Origin: Tricharina praecox
Lineage: Eukaryota
DNA length: 64,000 bases
Direction: 5' to 3'
NCBI RefSeq assembly: GCF_024521635.1
Contig: NW_026250430.1
Location: forward strand, 124,001-188,000
In this document: positions 36,001 through 49,970 of the stretch, in pieces
Numbering within the stretch: position 1 is the stretch's first letter
Layout of the letters: every line of letters begins with the position of its first letter
The notes under the pieces: generated by a model
What the model saw: the letters and a program-made list of their open reading frames with translations, nothing else
Databases searched by the model: none
Told to the model about the DNA's origin: nothing
Translations under genes and position numbers: made by a program

Positions 36001-39000
36001 TCCGCCGCTGCTTGTCTACAAGTGGGCCCAGGGGATCAATAACCTGAACAAGGTGTGGGAAACGGCCGACGGTGAATGCAACGTCTTGCTTGAGACCCAG
36101 CTTTCCAAGGTCTACGAAAAGATCGATATTACCTTCCTCAACCGCTTGCTCCGCCTGGTCATGGATCACAATCTTGCCGACTATATCACTGCGAAGAACA
36201 ACGTCGTCCTCAACTACAAGGATATGAACCATACCAACATGTACGGTCTGATCCGCGGTCTTCAGTTCTCGGCGTTCGTCTTCCAGTACTATGGAATGAT
36301 TCTGGATTTGCTGGTTCTCGGATTGGAGCGGGCGTCCGAGATCGCCGGTCCGCCACAGCGGCCAAACGAGTTCCTACAGTTCCAGGATCTCAACACAGAA
36401 ACCAAGCACCCCATCCGTCTTTACACCAGATACATAGACCGTGTTTGGGTGTTCTTCCGGTTCAGTGCAGACGAGGCCCGTGACTTGATTCAGCGCTTCC
36501 TCACGGAGAACCCCGATCCCAACTTTGAGAACGTGATCGGCTACCGGAACAAGAAATGTTGGCCCCGCGACTCCCGAATGCGACTGATGCGTCACGATGT
36601 GAACTTGGGACGCGCCGTGTTCTGGGATCTCAAGAACAGATTGCCGCGTTCCGTCACCACCATCGAGTGGGACGAGACGTTCGCTAGTGTGTACAGCCGC
36701 GACAATCCTAACTTGCTCTTCTCCATGTGCGGATTCGAGGTCAGAATCTTGCCCAAGGCTCGGAACCAAAACGAAGAGTTCCCTGTCAAGGATTCGGTTT
36801 GGTCATTGGTGGACAACAGTTCGAAGGAGCGGACGGCTCATGCTTTCCTTAAGGTTACTGAGGAGGACATCCAAAAGTTCAACAACCGCATCAGGCAGAT
36901 CTTGATGAGCTCGGGAAGTACCACCTTCACCAAGATTGCCAACAAGTGGAACTCGGCCTTGATCGCTCTTTTCACCTACTACCGTGAAGCCGCTATCTCC
37001 ACCGAGCCTCTTCTCGACACGATCGTAAAATGCGAGACCAAAATCCAGACTCGTGTCAAGATTGGATTGAACTCCAAGATGCCGTCCCGTTTCCCGCCCG
37101 CGGTCTTCTATACGCCGAAGGAATTGGGTGGTTTGGGCATGATCTCGGGAAGTCACATCTTGATTCCCACGAGTGACCGAAGGTGGAGTAAGCAGACGGA
37201 CACCGGAATCACGCATTTCCGTTCCGGTATGACGCACGACGAGGACGTTCTCATCCCCAACATTTTCAGGTACATTCAAACCTGGGAGTCAGAATTTATC
37301 GATTCGGCACGTGTCTGGTCCGAGTATGCGCAGAAGAGGCAGGAGGCCAACCAGCAGAATCGTCGGTTGACGCTTGAGGACCTCGAGGATTCGTGGGATC
37401 GTGGTATTCCCAGAATCAACACGTTATTCCAGAAGGATCGTAGCACCCTCGCTTTCGATAAGGGTTGGCGTGTCCGTACGGAGTTTAAGATCTACTCGAT
37501 GATGGTGAGTACTTGTTTAGCTCCCGTGCTTGTGGACTTTGCTAATACGTGTGTAGAAATCCAATCCGTTCTGGTGGACATCCCAGCGTCACGATGGTAA
37601 ACTGTGGAACTTGAACGCCTACCGAACCGATGTCATCCAGGCGTTGGGAGGTGTTGAGACTATTCTCGAGCACACCCTGTTCAAGGCCACCGCGTTCCCC
37701 AGTTGGGAGGGTCTCTTCTGGGAGAAAGCGTCTGGTTTCGAGGAGAGCATGAAGTTCAAGAAGTTGACCAACGCTCAGCGGTCCGGTCTGAACCAGATCC
37801 CCAATCGTCGGTTCACGCTCTGGTGGAGTCCTACCATCAACAGAGCCAATGTCTACGTCGGTTTCCAGGTCCAATTGGATCTTACTGGTATCTTCCTTCA
37901 CGGAAAGATCCCGACCTTGAAGATCTCCCTGATCCAGATCTTCCGTGCCCATTTGTGGCAGAAGATTCACGAGTCGGTCGTTATGGATTTGTGCCAGGTC
38001 TTCGATCAGGAGCTTGAGAGTTTGGGTATCGAGACGGTCCAGAAGGAGCAGATCCATCCCCGAAAGTCGTACAAGATGAACAGTTCATGCGCCGATATCC
38101 TCTTGTTCGCCGCGTACAAGTGGAACGTCACCAGGCCCAGTTTGCTTCACGACACGAAGGACACCATCGAGCAGAACTCGACCAACAAGTTCTGGGTCGA
38201 TGTTCAGCTGCGATACGGAGATTACGACAGTCACGACGTGAGTCGATACGTTCGCGCCAAGTTCCTCGACTACACTACGGATTCGCTTTCGATCTACCCG
38301 TCGCCCACTGGTGTTATGATCGCCATTGATCTTGCGTACAATCTCTACGATGCCTATGGCCAGTGGTTCCCGGGTTTGAAGCAACTCATCCAGCAGGCCA
38401 TGGCCAAGATCATGAAGGCTAACCCGGCTTTGTACGTCCTGCGTGAGCGTATTCGCAAGGGTCTGCAGCTGTATGCGTCGGAGAGCAACCAGGAGTTCCT
38501 GAACTCTCAAAACTACTCTGAGCTTTTCAGCAACCAGATCCAGCTGTTCATTGACGACACGAACACGTACCGTGTGACTGTCCACAAGACCTTCGAGGGT
38601 AATTTGACGACCAAGCCCATCAACGGTGCTATCTTTATTTTGAATCCTCGTTCCGGACAGTTGTTCTTGAAGATCATTCACACTTCCGTCTGGGCCGGTC
38701 AGAAACGTCTTGGTCAGTTGGCGAAGTGGAAGACGGCCGAGGAAGTGGCTGCTTTGATTCGTTCGCTGCCCGTCGAAGAACAGCCGAAACAGCTCATCGT
38801 GACGCGAAAGGGTCTCCTTGATCCCCTCGAGGTGCATCTCCTCGACTTCCCTAACATCTCGATCCGCGCGTCCGAGCTGCAGCTGCCATTCCAGGCGGCC
38901 ATGAAGATCGAGAAGCTCGGAGACATGATTCTGCGCGCCACCGAACCGCAGATGGTGTTGTTCAACCTCTACGATGACTGGACCAAGTCGGTATCTTCGT

Positions 39001-40238
39001 ACACGGCGTTCTCCCGATTGATCTTGATTCTCCGTGCACTGCACGTCAATCAGGACAAGACCAAGCTGCTGCTCCGACCGGATAGGACCGTCATCACCCA
39101 GGAGCATCACATCTGGCCATCGCTTTCCGATGACGACTGGGTCAAGGTCGAGACTCAATTGCGCGATCTCGTCCTGAACGACTACGGTAAAAAGAACAAC
39201 GTCAATGTCTCCAGTTTGACTAGTAGCGAAGTTCGGGATATTATCTTGGGTATGGAGATCAGTGCGCCGTCCATGCAGCGCCAGCAGGCTGCCGAGATCG
39301 AGAGTCAACAGCAGGAGCAGGCGCAGTTGACCGCCGTCACAACCAAGACGACGAACGTGCACGGTGACGAGATGATTGTCACGACCCAGACGGCATACGA
39401 GCAGCAGGCATTCGCTTCCAAGACCGAATGGAGGAACCGCGCCATCGCTTCGAGCAATCTGAGGACTCGTGCGAACAACATCTACATTTCTTCCGATGAC
39501 ATCGCCGACAATGGGCAGTACACGTACATCATGCCGAAGAACATCCTCAAGCGATTCATCACCATCTCGGATCTTCGCATGCAAGTCGCCGGATTCCTGT
39601 ATGGTTCGTCGCCTCCGGACAACGATCAGGTCAAGGAGATTCGCTGCATTGCTATGGTGCCGCAGATCGGTGGGCTCAATAGCGTGCAGCTCCCTCACAA
39701 GCTGCCGCAGCACGAGTATCTCACCAAAGAGAACGGGTTGGAACCTCTCGGATGGATCCACACCTGGGCACAGCCACACGAGGCCCCGCATCTCAACGCC
39801 TTCGACACGACACAGCACGCGAGGCTGATGGCGGCGCATCCGGAGTGGGACAAAAAGACGATCACCATGACTGTCTCTTTCAAGGCAGGATCGGTATCTC
39901 TGGCTGCCTACAGTCTCACGCCGCCTGGCTTCGAATGGGGCGCTCAGAACAAGGACATGGGTAACGACATGCCCCCCGGCTTCCAGACGACCATGGGAGA
40001 GAAGTGTCAGCTCCTCCTTTCGGATAAGATTATGGGATACTTCCTGGTGCCGGAGAGTGGCATCTGGAATTACTCGTTCCTTGGAGCAGGTTTCGGTGCC
40101 GATGCCGAGAAGAGACCGTACCATGTCAAGATTGATACGCCGCTCGATTACTATGCGGATGTGCATCGCCCACTGCATTTCCAGAATTTCGATCAGTTGG
40201 AAGATATTTGGGTGGATCGGACTGACAATTTCGAGTAG
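33032..40238 (+). CDS. PRP8: Pre-mRNA-splicing factor Prp8 (U5 snRNP core protein); introns 33347-33421 and 37505-37556
   Basis: Highly conserved Prp8 sequence throughout: MPPEHLRKI...[53 protein letters not shown], the RNase H-like domain and the C-terminal MPN/Jab1 domain. Confidence 0.99.
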
Positions 40239-40683
40239 TCGGTGGTCAGTAGTGGCAGTGGTGGTTGACGAATGAGCGGCAATGTAATGATGAAAATGGG
40301 ATTTGATCGGTTGGGGCTGGGTTTGGGGTGTATATTTCTCGCACTGTAAATGGTTGTTTTATTTATTGTTCTGGTTTCTGCGTATTCCTTTGTATTAGTC
40401 TTCATGCTGTGGCGGTGATATCGAGTCGTGTTGGTTGTGATTTGGAATTGTCTACCTACGTGTGCATTTGGAATGGCTTGTGAAACGTTACACCAGGCCG
40501 ACCCCACCAGTGGCCGCAGTCATGACGCAATATATCGCGATCCGATCCGCGACCCAGTGCTTTAGTCGTGCCCATCTCGGCCACTTCCGCCACTAACAGC
40601 AAGCACTTATATGATCCTTTGTCCACCTCCAATTCCTTTTCAAGCTCCCACATCATCACCACCAATTACACCAACACTAGCGC

Positions 40684-41435
40684 ATGTCCTTCCTTAAATC
40701 CCTCTTCAGCCGACCCTTCGCCGCCATGACCTCTCCGCCGCCGATCGGCAGCAGCCTGACCAACCCGCCCGCCACCACCGAGAAAGCGATCTTCGCCGCC
40801 GGCTGTTTCTGGGGCGTTGAGCACATTTTCCGGGCGAACTTCTCGTTGCTAGACGCGCGCGTCGGGTACATCGGCGGGGACATGACGCACCCGAGCTACC
40901 GCGCGGTGTGCAGCGGCACCACGGGCCACGCCGAGGCCGTCATGCTGCTCTACGATCCGAAGCAGATCCGATATCGCCAGCTGGTAGAGTTCTTCTTCCG
41001 CATGCATGATCCGACTACGGAGAATAGGCAGGGCGCAGATGTCGGATCGCAGTATAGGTCCGCTATCTTCACCGTCGATAGCGAGCAGGAGGACGTCGCC
41101 AATACCGTGCTCAATGCGGTCGACAAACATTGGTATAAAGAAAGGTTGGCGACGAAGGTGGTTCCTGCGGGACAGTGGTGGGACGCCGAGACGTATCATC
41201 AGCTGTATTTGGAGAAGAGTAGGCTACCTGTTCCTGCCCTGTGTATCTATGTAGGGAGACGAAGGCTAATCTGTGCCGGTGGGCTGTGCGTAGATCCAAG
41301 TGGATACCAGTGTGCGGCCCAGTATGTTACCCTTTTCCCCCCGCGAGATGTGCTCAGGTGTACTAATAAGGGTGGGATGCTAGTTATGTTCGCAAGTTCC
41401 CGCCGTTGAATACGGAAGAGGAAGAGAAATTGTGA
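40684..41435 (+). CDS. msrA: Peptide methionine sulfoxide reductase MsrA
   Basis: Motifs AAGCFWGVE, GYIGG, VCSGTTGHAEAV, HDPTTENRQGADVGSQYRSAIF and WDAETYHQLYL. Two short 3' introns give the ending ...NPSGYQCAAHYVRKFPPLNTEEEEKL*. Confidence 0.96.
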
Positions 41436-44400
41436 TGGCGACGAGGTACCTACGGGGACGGGACGTTTGGGGTCAGAAGAATGATGGTTTAGCTGGATGG
41501 AAATGGAGGTGGTTTCTGTGAGCTGGTGTGTTGGAGATAGATGGATACATTGAACTGGCTATGGATAGTCATGGTGCGTTGTGTATATGTACATTAGGTA
41601 TGGGCTGTGGGGCATCATTAGATAGCCCGAAACCTCATTTCAATCAATGGCTGCAGATGTGTTCATCAAAACATGTCTCTTCTGCAGGACAGTCAGGCTC
41701 GGGTATACAATGTTTTGTGACGCGGCCAGAAGGTCGTCTATGGACCATGCCCCCCGCAAACGACGGGCTTGTTTCCTACGTTTCTAACGTTTACATCTAA
41801 GACAGCTCGACAATTTCATCATCAATCCCGACACCATACTAGTGTCTAAGTTCTTTACCCGCGCGAGATAATTGGTGGAATAGTGGGGCGGGCGGGCGAG
41901 GAGGCATTCGATGAAGCAAATCGCCGGGATAAAGGCGGTGCGGAATGATGAGCGCCATGCGAACGGTGGAGCTTTAGCGCACAGCTGGCCGTATCTAGAA
42001 GGGTCGGTGAAGGATAAACCCATCGGCGATGTTCTCGATGGGAAGATGAAGATCGAGAGAAACCGTGATATGTAGTGGCTCGCTTGACGTCGCTTGGGCG
42101 GCCCCAGCCTCTACCTATGTCTGTAATGCTTTCACGGTCACCGACTCACCGTGCTCGCCACCTTTACACCATCTCACTTCGGCGTCGGGGTTTCGTCTCT
42201 CGGCATTGAAGTTTCGTCCTCCAGCGTCCTGTTATCGTCCTTTCGTATAGAATCTTGTCCTTCAGCACTGGTTCCTGTAGCCGTCGTGTGTATGGGCATT
42301 GGGATTCGACGAAGGGAACAACACTAACTTGCTTAGATACATCACCCCTGTTCCAATGTTTCATGAACGACCATGCTGTTTGAGGGTTGTGGCGCGTCCG
42401 GTCACGTTTGAGGCTCGAAGGACGGCGCCGCCCGCTGGTGAATGTACAGCGTGAGCTTGGCGCCCTCCCTCTGGCGCAACCGGCAGCGGTAATGGGCGGA
42501 TGTTCCATGAAGACGCTGGGTTGGGAAGGGCTGGGCTAGGTTGGGCCATGCGGAATAGCATTTGTTTCTTTGTTTAATCACCAATTGCATGCGACCTGGG
42601 AGTGTTCATTGACCTTTGTCGGATGAACGCTATGTTTGTACGTGATCGCCAGTGATATGCCATGACTTCAAACCATTTCCAAGTACTTTACCATCTGCAG
42701 CTCTAGGAGGAAACTATCAGGAGTTTAGGTTAACCGAAGACCACTGGCTTTTGGATGGAAAGCCTATCTAATACCTAGAGTTGTGGTGTTATCGCTGCCG
42801 CTGCAACGCTGCAGCCGCGGGGAGGCAATCATGTGTATCACTCGGTCAAGTTTGGCGCTACGGTGAGGAAGAACTGAATTGGAGCGCCAAAAGTATGGTG
42901 GATCAGACATTTTCTGTTGGGTGGAGTACGCAGCGTGGAGTATTGTATGCTCATGATAGTAGTGAATGCGGTACAAGTGCAGCACTTTAATCTGGATTGA
43001 CGTGTGGCATGAACAATGAGATGGCGGGCAGTGGGTTCCTCGATGCAGCGGCACGCACGTGTGCGCTCGAGGAAATAGCTGGTGCTGACAGCAAAACACA
43101 GGGTTGGTTTGCAATTGATTCGATTGAGAGAACCCTCACTTCATATTCACATATGTGGCTTTGTAGTTTCCCACACAATCTTTAACTTGAAAAAATACGG
43201 CTTCGTTTGGCCACAAGGAGTGATGATACTGCTATAAACAGTGTCCACAAATGTACCCCAAAATGACCTTCATAAACCCTCTCCAGGCCGTAGAATCCCT
43301 AGGGGTGTCGGCGCCAACCTCAAAGAGTAGAAGTACAGCCCCGCATTGATCCTACGTTGCCCAAGTACTTAGCTCCCCATATGCGGGGAGATGAAGAATG
43401 TGTGACTGCGTGTTCGAATCGAGATACTGTACGTTCTGACCGTGGTGCGGGCTAGGCCAGCATTCACGGCAGTATGGAGCCGGGGCACAGCGCAAAACAA
43501 GCATCGGCCGGACTTCCACCAGCATGAAAGTGCACGGGCAGATGTTGGCCGGTGCGAGGTTTATAGTGCCACTAACTATGAACATACGTTTCGTCGAAAG
43601 CCCTACTACGTGTGGCATGTCGGATGGGCTCTCTATTTCCAGGTACTCAATTCTCGTCTCGCTGAATCTCCGGATGCAGAATCCACATCCATCAGGGGGG
43701 AAGCAGACGCCGAACCCAATTGCTCAAGCATGTAGGCAACCCGACGATTTTGGGCTTTACCCCCCACTTTAGGCAGGATTTTGGTGAGGGGCGTGGGGCG
43801 GGGGGACAGCTCAGGCCGCATGTGCGGCCCTGGCAAAGCTAGCACATACTCATCATGAGCTTAGGGTGGCCGTCGATCTCCCGTGCTGCAGGCACTAGTG
43901 ATCACCTGTATACGAGCATCAGCCGCGGCGCTCGGACAAAGAAAAGGGCAGCTTCTCCAGCTGTCTACATACGTGGACGTTCTGTATGTCAATTGCCGTA
44001 TATCACGCACGTCCCTAGCCTGGAGTAAAGGCCTAAGGGTGCCGAGGCATGCCACCACCCATTATGTAGGTATCATCCTTTATCGATAACTAAGCCGAGA
44101 CACGTAGGGGAACGGATCACGTATCGGTCCGGGGCATGATATAGCCTGGTTTTCATGCTTTGTTGTGGCCGGACCCATGGACAGATACATAGGCTTGGTT
44201 ACTAGATTGGTGGCGGTGGTTTCCCGCGGCAGGCTGCCGCACGGTGTGTGTTGCGAACGGACCCAGAACGACGAAAGTCGTACCGCTAGAGCCGCCGGCA
44301 CAAGCAGAAATTTCAGACGAACTGGTCAGCACTTAATCCATCATGCCCTGTTCCGCAGACATCGTTAGAGTTCTGCACCTGGGCCACATGCTGATCCCCA

Positions 44401-44598
44401 AATGTGTGTTGCGATGCTTTTGGTACCGTCGAGTGATCGATGATGCCTGCAAGCGTATTAGTAACCACGTAACACCAAACGCTGTTCCAACCTCATCCCT
44501 TTCTCTCCCAGCACTCTGAGCGAAACACAACTGACATCAAAAAAAAACCACCCCACCCACTAACAATTGTTACTACCCCGCACCCAACGACAATCACA

Positions 44599-45190
44599 AT
44601 GGACACGCCCAAGGAGCGGTCGAAAAAGATCAAGAAGCCGTTCCACCTCAAAAAGGCGGACGTTGATCTCGACGGCTACAGGAAGGAGATCCAGGACCAG
44701 TCGCCGGCACACTTGGCGCAACGCGCGGTGGCGGCCTTGAAATCTTCTCGTCAATTCCACATCTACCTGGTGCTGCAAAGTGTGGCGGCCTTCTGTGGGT
44801 ACGGGCAGGTGATGATGTGTATCGGTACGTGACTACCATCGCTTTGTCTTCTTCTGATTGGCTCGCCCCGAATCTACCAGCACACACAGGAGCTTACCAC
44901 TGCTTCGTCCGCCGCTCTGCATGCAAGTGCATGAGCGGAATCGCAGGTCTTTTATGGATGTTCTATGTCAACACAGGAACACGAAAAGATGGAGAGATGA
45001 GCGCGTACTCTCTATTCAATCCAAATGTCGAGGCGTAAGTACCTCCCGCAGTTCCTTTCAGCCTGGTCGGAGTCAGCATACCGCAGAGAGGAGAGTTTGA
45101 TTGCTGAAGGAGGTATTTGCACTCTCCAGGATCGATGGGACAACAAACATGGAGTATCTCGACAGGGAGATGAGGAGGCAGTTGTATTGA
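44599..45190 (+). CDS. SAYSvFN-motif membrane protein (SAYSD1-like); exons 44599-44824, 44947-45034, 45130-45190
   Basis: The spliced product ends ...IYLVLQSVAAFCGYGQVMMCIG|LLWMFYVNTGTRKDGEMSAYSLFNPNVEA|IDGTTNMEYLDREMRRQLY*. A hydrophobic hairpin is followed by the SAYS(L/V)FN...IxGT signature. Both introns are canonical and frame-preserving. Confidence 0.88.
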
Positions 45191-46848
45191 GCAGGAGGAG
45201 GGCCAGGAAGCCAGCTCTGGGAGGAGGCGTATCTGGATCAGCCCGTTCAGCGGTTGGGATGATGGGATTCGACAGCCGTTTTTCGGTCATACAACCGAAT
45301 TGCTTTTTCTTATTCTTACGATTTTTCTTTTTTCTTTTTTTTTCTTTACCAGCGCAATAGACGAAATCTAAGTGGTTGATGCTGGACTGGACTCTGGAAT
45401 AACTAGCTTTATGCCTGCCGAAGTCCATCCAGGATTGGATGAAGGGTGTTTTCAGCTCGCTACCCAGCAGCGGCGATCAATTCTTAGGCCCGTTCTCCAC
45501 GTCTCGGAGTATATTCGATCGGAAGGTTGTACACACGTGAGCCTCGAAGACCTACACAGTCCCCGCAGGTTTAGTCTGGAATGGTTGTTTTTTCCTTGGG
45601 ATCTCCAAACAAAGCCACGCAGAGAAGGCGTCATTGTTTTGCACTCGGGTAACCGCAAAAGTCGCCGCCGCCGCCCTATTGACGATGGCGGCGTGCAGCG
45701 ACCGTATCTGCGGGCTAGCGGCTTTCTAGAATCAATGTTTGTTTCCATCGCAATTGTAATCTCGTTCTTGTTCCCTTTGTGCTTTGTGCTGACCTCTGGC
45801 AACCCGCAGGGAACGATGGGAATCATGTGGCTATGTCACGGTGTACTGGTGTACCGACGTTCCGATGTGCTGATGTACTGATGAACTCTGCGGTGGCAAA
45901 TACTTCCGAAGGCTGGTTATCGGAGCATTGCTGGTAAGTTGTTTGAAGTGGGAGTGGAAGTTGTCTTGACAATTAAGGCGATATCAGCACATATATGGTC
46001 CATTTAGCGAGAGTTGCTTGCGGGATGCCGACTAATCGTACCGGACCCTCGCTGAAGGGCTAGCCTGCACCGTGCACACGAGGGTCCCCGCCGGTCAATC
46101 CGATCCGGTATGGCGGTTGTGTTTGGTCATCGCCGCACTGGAGGAATTTGCAAGGTATCTTCAGTTGAATCGACGAGCCCATCTGGCCGTGCACAAATCC
46201 ATAGCCCGCGATCCATCCCCCAGAATCAGCTCGGTATATCAGGGCAATTGCTCGGGGGCAACTATGCACCGTTTCTTTCCATCCGGCCCCGGGCGTTCCA
46301 TGTGGCTACACCCACGGCTAGCTACCAGTTTGTTTCCACGCCATTCTGCCAGCCCTCACTCTGCCAGCCCTCATTCATTCTGCCAACCCTCATCCAACCC
46401 TCCCCCGCTACACTCCCCCGCAACCCTCCCCTTCTCTACCCCAGGATCAATACATGTTACTGCAGGTCCCTTCCCGGTCTTACGTTCACAGATATACCCT
46501 CCTCCGAATTGGTTCCTCGACGGTGAGTGTTGGGTTACAGTTCTAAGTGCCTTTAAGAGGCTGTCCTCCCCTCGTCTTCTCTACCATTCACTCAACATTT
46601 CGTGCCCACATTCATTAGCTGGCCACCAAACACTGACAGACAGCCTACCTACCACTTACTCCCCCTACCTTCAATCACCTGATACCTCTGGTACGTCGCA
46701 CACTGCTTTACTTCCAGCCGCGGTTGCCCCCGATTCCCTGCTACTTGATCGAGCTCGAGAGAGCTTTGCTGAATGACTGCTTATTGGCTACTCAACAAAG
46801 AGCGAGACGCACTGACAATCCGTTCTAGAAAGCACATATCCAGGGCTC

Positions 46849-48502
46849 ATGTCTACGCCGAAGCTCCAGAGCTGGGACCTTCCAAGTCCCCCAGCTTCGA
46901 CGGAGTTCAACGAAAGCTGGCGCATGGCTGGATACCATCCTCTCAGTCCCCAGGAGGCCCAGCCCATGGCAGTCCCATCGCCATACAGAGACCCAAACTC
47001 CGAAGGTTTTACATCGTCCGTCATGGCAGAATCCACTATGCATGTGCAGAACGCACCGACACACCCATGGTCCCCGCAGATGCAGTATTCCTCCTTTGCA
47101 CACACACCAGTCCAGGAATGCGCATACCTACCGTCGCCAGTGTCGGTTTCGACGTCCCCCTACAGTCCACAAGAGTTCAAATCATCTTCACCGGCGGATC
47201 GTGTGCCTGTTTTTCAACCACGACCGACCAACCACTACATTCACTCGACTCTTGCTTCCAATGACTGGAATCAGCCGCCGCGTCAGCTGCATTGCAACCC
47301 CTATGCCGGGTTCCTGTCACCTCATCTTTCACTCTCCTCCTCATCTTCACGCAGCAGCTCTTCGCTGTCGTCTGCGGCATCTTCCCACTATCCTAGCAAT
47401 CGCCTGTCGGTTGCCAGTACGCCGCCTTCGTGCGCAAAGGCTCCACTGGAATCTGCGCGTGCATCGGAATCACCAGAAGCGAGCAGCGGCAGGCCGGATG
47501 ACCGAATCGATGACGATAGTGACGGTTATCAGAACGACAGGTCTTCCCCTGCCGTCCCGGCTCACCACATTGAGGATAGTTCGAAGCAGCCACCGTACGC
47601 CATCATCATCTACGAGGCCCTGATGAGCATTCCCGACAGAAGGATGGTTCTAGCAGATATCTACAATTACTTCAGGTGGCGAATGCCCGCCCGTGCTGCA
47701 CGTGATGGGGGTTGGAAGAATTCCATTCGGCACAACCTTTCCATGAATGGGGTGGGTCGACTTTTTCCCTTTTTCTTTATACCCTCGTTCTTTGCTAACT
47801 TCATCCCCGGACATTCAGGCTTTCATCAAAGAGGCTCGGCATTCCAATGACAATGTCAAGCGGTACATCTGGGTTCTGTCAAAAGAAGCACAGCAGAACG
47901 GTGTGCGCTCGACCACACGATACCGAAGAACGGCACCGCGGGCTACCAAGCGTTTGCAGAATGCACGCAGAAAGGTGGCCACGAGGAGTATGGTGAAGAA
48001 ACAGGCCGGATCGGTCCCAATGTCACCCCCGCCCTTGAGGAACGCAGGCATCGAGTGGCCCGCCACATCGCCACCGTTAACTCCAACGGCTGTCGAACAC
48101 CCCAGGGAGTATGAAAACGCCGCCAGAGGGAACAGCAGCAGAGGCAGCAATCCGTACTCTCCGAGCCCCCACATGAACACCCCGCCACCCGAGCTGGAAC
48201 TTGACCAGTCATCCCCTTCGCCGAGGCTCTCTCCGATCAATACCACCGGCCTGGGTGTGGGTTACACAGCACTGCACGTCAAGGAAGAACTGACATCTCC
48301 TATCTTGTACACCCTGGGAGACGAGCCTACTCCCGAAGCCTTTAAAGATACGGTGTTTACAGACAATGCGGTGCTTGTCTGTGCTGGGGGTGAATGGCAC
48401 GAGGTACCATGGCCGGATTCCCCAGCTACATCGCTTTTCGAGGAGGAGTACAATCTCATCCGAGAGAGCTCCTGCAACTACAGCGAATGCGGGCTAGCAT
48501 GA
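46849..48502 (+). CDS. Forkhead-domain transcription factor; intron 47752-47818
   Basis: QPPYAIIIYEALMSIPDRRMVLADIYNYF...GWKNSIRHNLSMNG|AFIKE...IWVLSKEAQQNGVRSTTRYR, with S/P-rich flanks. The start codon is uncertain. Confidence 0.92.
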
Positions 48503-49748
48503 GTGGCACCTCGAACCACAACGAAACCTCTTCTACATGCGCAGGTAGCCGGTTGCCTCTTATCATCTTCCCTTACCATATAACTCTCTTTTCTTTTTCC
48601 TTCACTTTTTCTGTCGGTTTATTTTGTTTTCATGTTCAGCGGTGCTACGATTCGCTAGGCTAGGTAGCTAGGCGGGTGGACGGGTGGGGGGAGTGTGTTT
48701 GATCGATCGATGTGTGGCTTTTCCTTTCCTTTCCTCCTTTCCTTCGGGCTTCTATGTATAGAAAATACCTTGTGGCGTTCGGTTTTCGTTTCTTCTTTTC
48801 ATTTTACCACTATATTTCCTGCACCTAGTACACTTGTATCTCTGCGTATCTCACCGCATATCAGACTTCCTTCTTATATATGCTTCCGTTTATAAGGTGG
48901 TTTCTTTTTTATCGAATTCATATGTATCTGAGTACTTAGTTTATGTACCTCTACACACGAAGAGCATACCTAGTCCCAGTATCCACCTACCTAGCTTAAT
49001 GGTGGCGAACGGAACGGAACGGAAGGGGAGGGGAGTGGAGGGGGTGAGGATTGTGCCCTTCGCTTGATTCCCGCTCCTCGCGCCCCTCTCCTCAGGACCT
49101 CAGCTGAACATTTCGGGCCCGAGAACCGTACCCGTAAGGCGGGCGGGAGTATGTGCGTACGAAGAAGCCAATCCTTCAGCCCAGCCAGCTCACAAAAAAA
49201 AGTGTCTATCCTGGGGATGGGATGAAACACCCGCCGGTCTCCCGGTTCCCAACCAGTCAACTCAACGCTACCCCTCATAGAGTGGAGTTGCACGTCTTTG
49301 TTTTGCGAGAGAGCGAGAGTGAAATCGATCTCCGAGAGATCCTTCCTGCCAGCCATTCCCCTCCCCCGAGGACAGCCGTGTGTATCGATCCAGCGCGTCG
49401 GCGAGTTCAGCCTGCTTGCTGCCTGCATTTAACTAGCCGGCCACGTTCACGATCCACTAATCTACATACATACTCCCGCGGCCCAACTACACCCAACTAC
49501 ATACATGCCCTACATAGGCCCCCAGGCCCACCCATAAACGGCAGTGTTCTGGAATTCTGCAGGGCCATACCGCGGGTTATAACTAGGCAACTAAGTAACT
49601 AACCTCCCAGGATCCTCTCCCCTCACCTTAAGTCGTCGTTCGTAAGTCCCGATCCCAGATCCTGGGCTTGGAGCGGGGGTGGGGCGGGAGGGGGCGGGGG
49701 GTGGGAACGGCGAGTGGGAACTTGGGGGTTTGGGGGTCAGCTCGACTC

Positions 49749-49749
<1 letters not shown>

Positions 49750-49780
<31 letters not shown>

Positions 49781-49970
49781 GCACTTTTGTCCCGGCCGGC
49801 CACCGGGGCTTCTTTCTTTTCTTTTTCTGGCTTCTTGCTGCATGGTAAAGGTATGGAGGATTTCGTCAGTTCGTCTTTTTGTAACACGCTACAGGTAACA
49901 GGTAACAGGTAACAGGTAACAGGTAATAGGTAACAGAAAACATGTGTATGTGTATGTGTATGTGTAGGTA
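49750..49970. repeat. Cluster of short tandem repeats: (CAGA)n, (ACAGGTA)n, (ATGTGT)n
   Basis: Read directly from the sequence. Confidence 0.9.

Noticed and set aside
34403..40178. Very long antisense ORFs (609 aa and 697 aa) opposite PRP8
   Set aside because: They are shadows of a strongly codon-biased sense gene. The translations have no recognisable motifs.
41500..44500. Many short ORFs and weak inverted similarity around 43600 and 44050
   Set aside because: I could not confirm any domain, splice pattern or terminal inverted repeat by eye.
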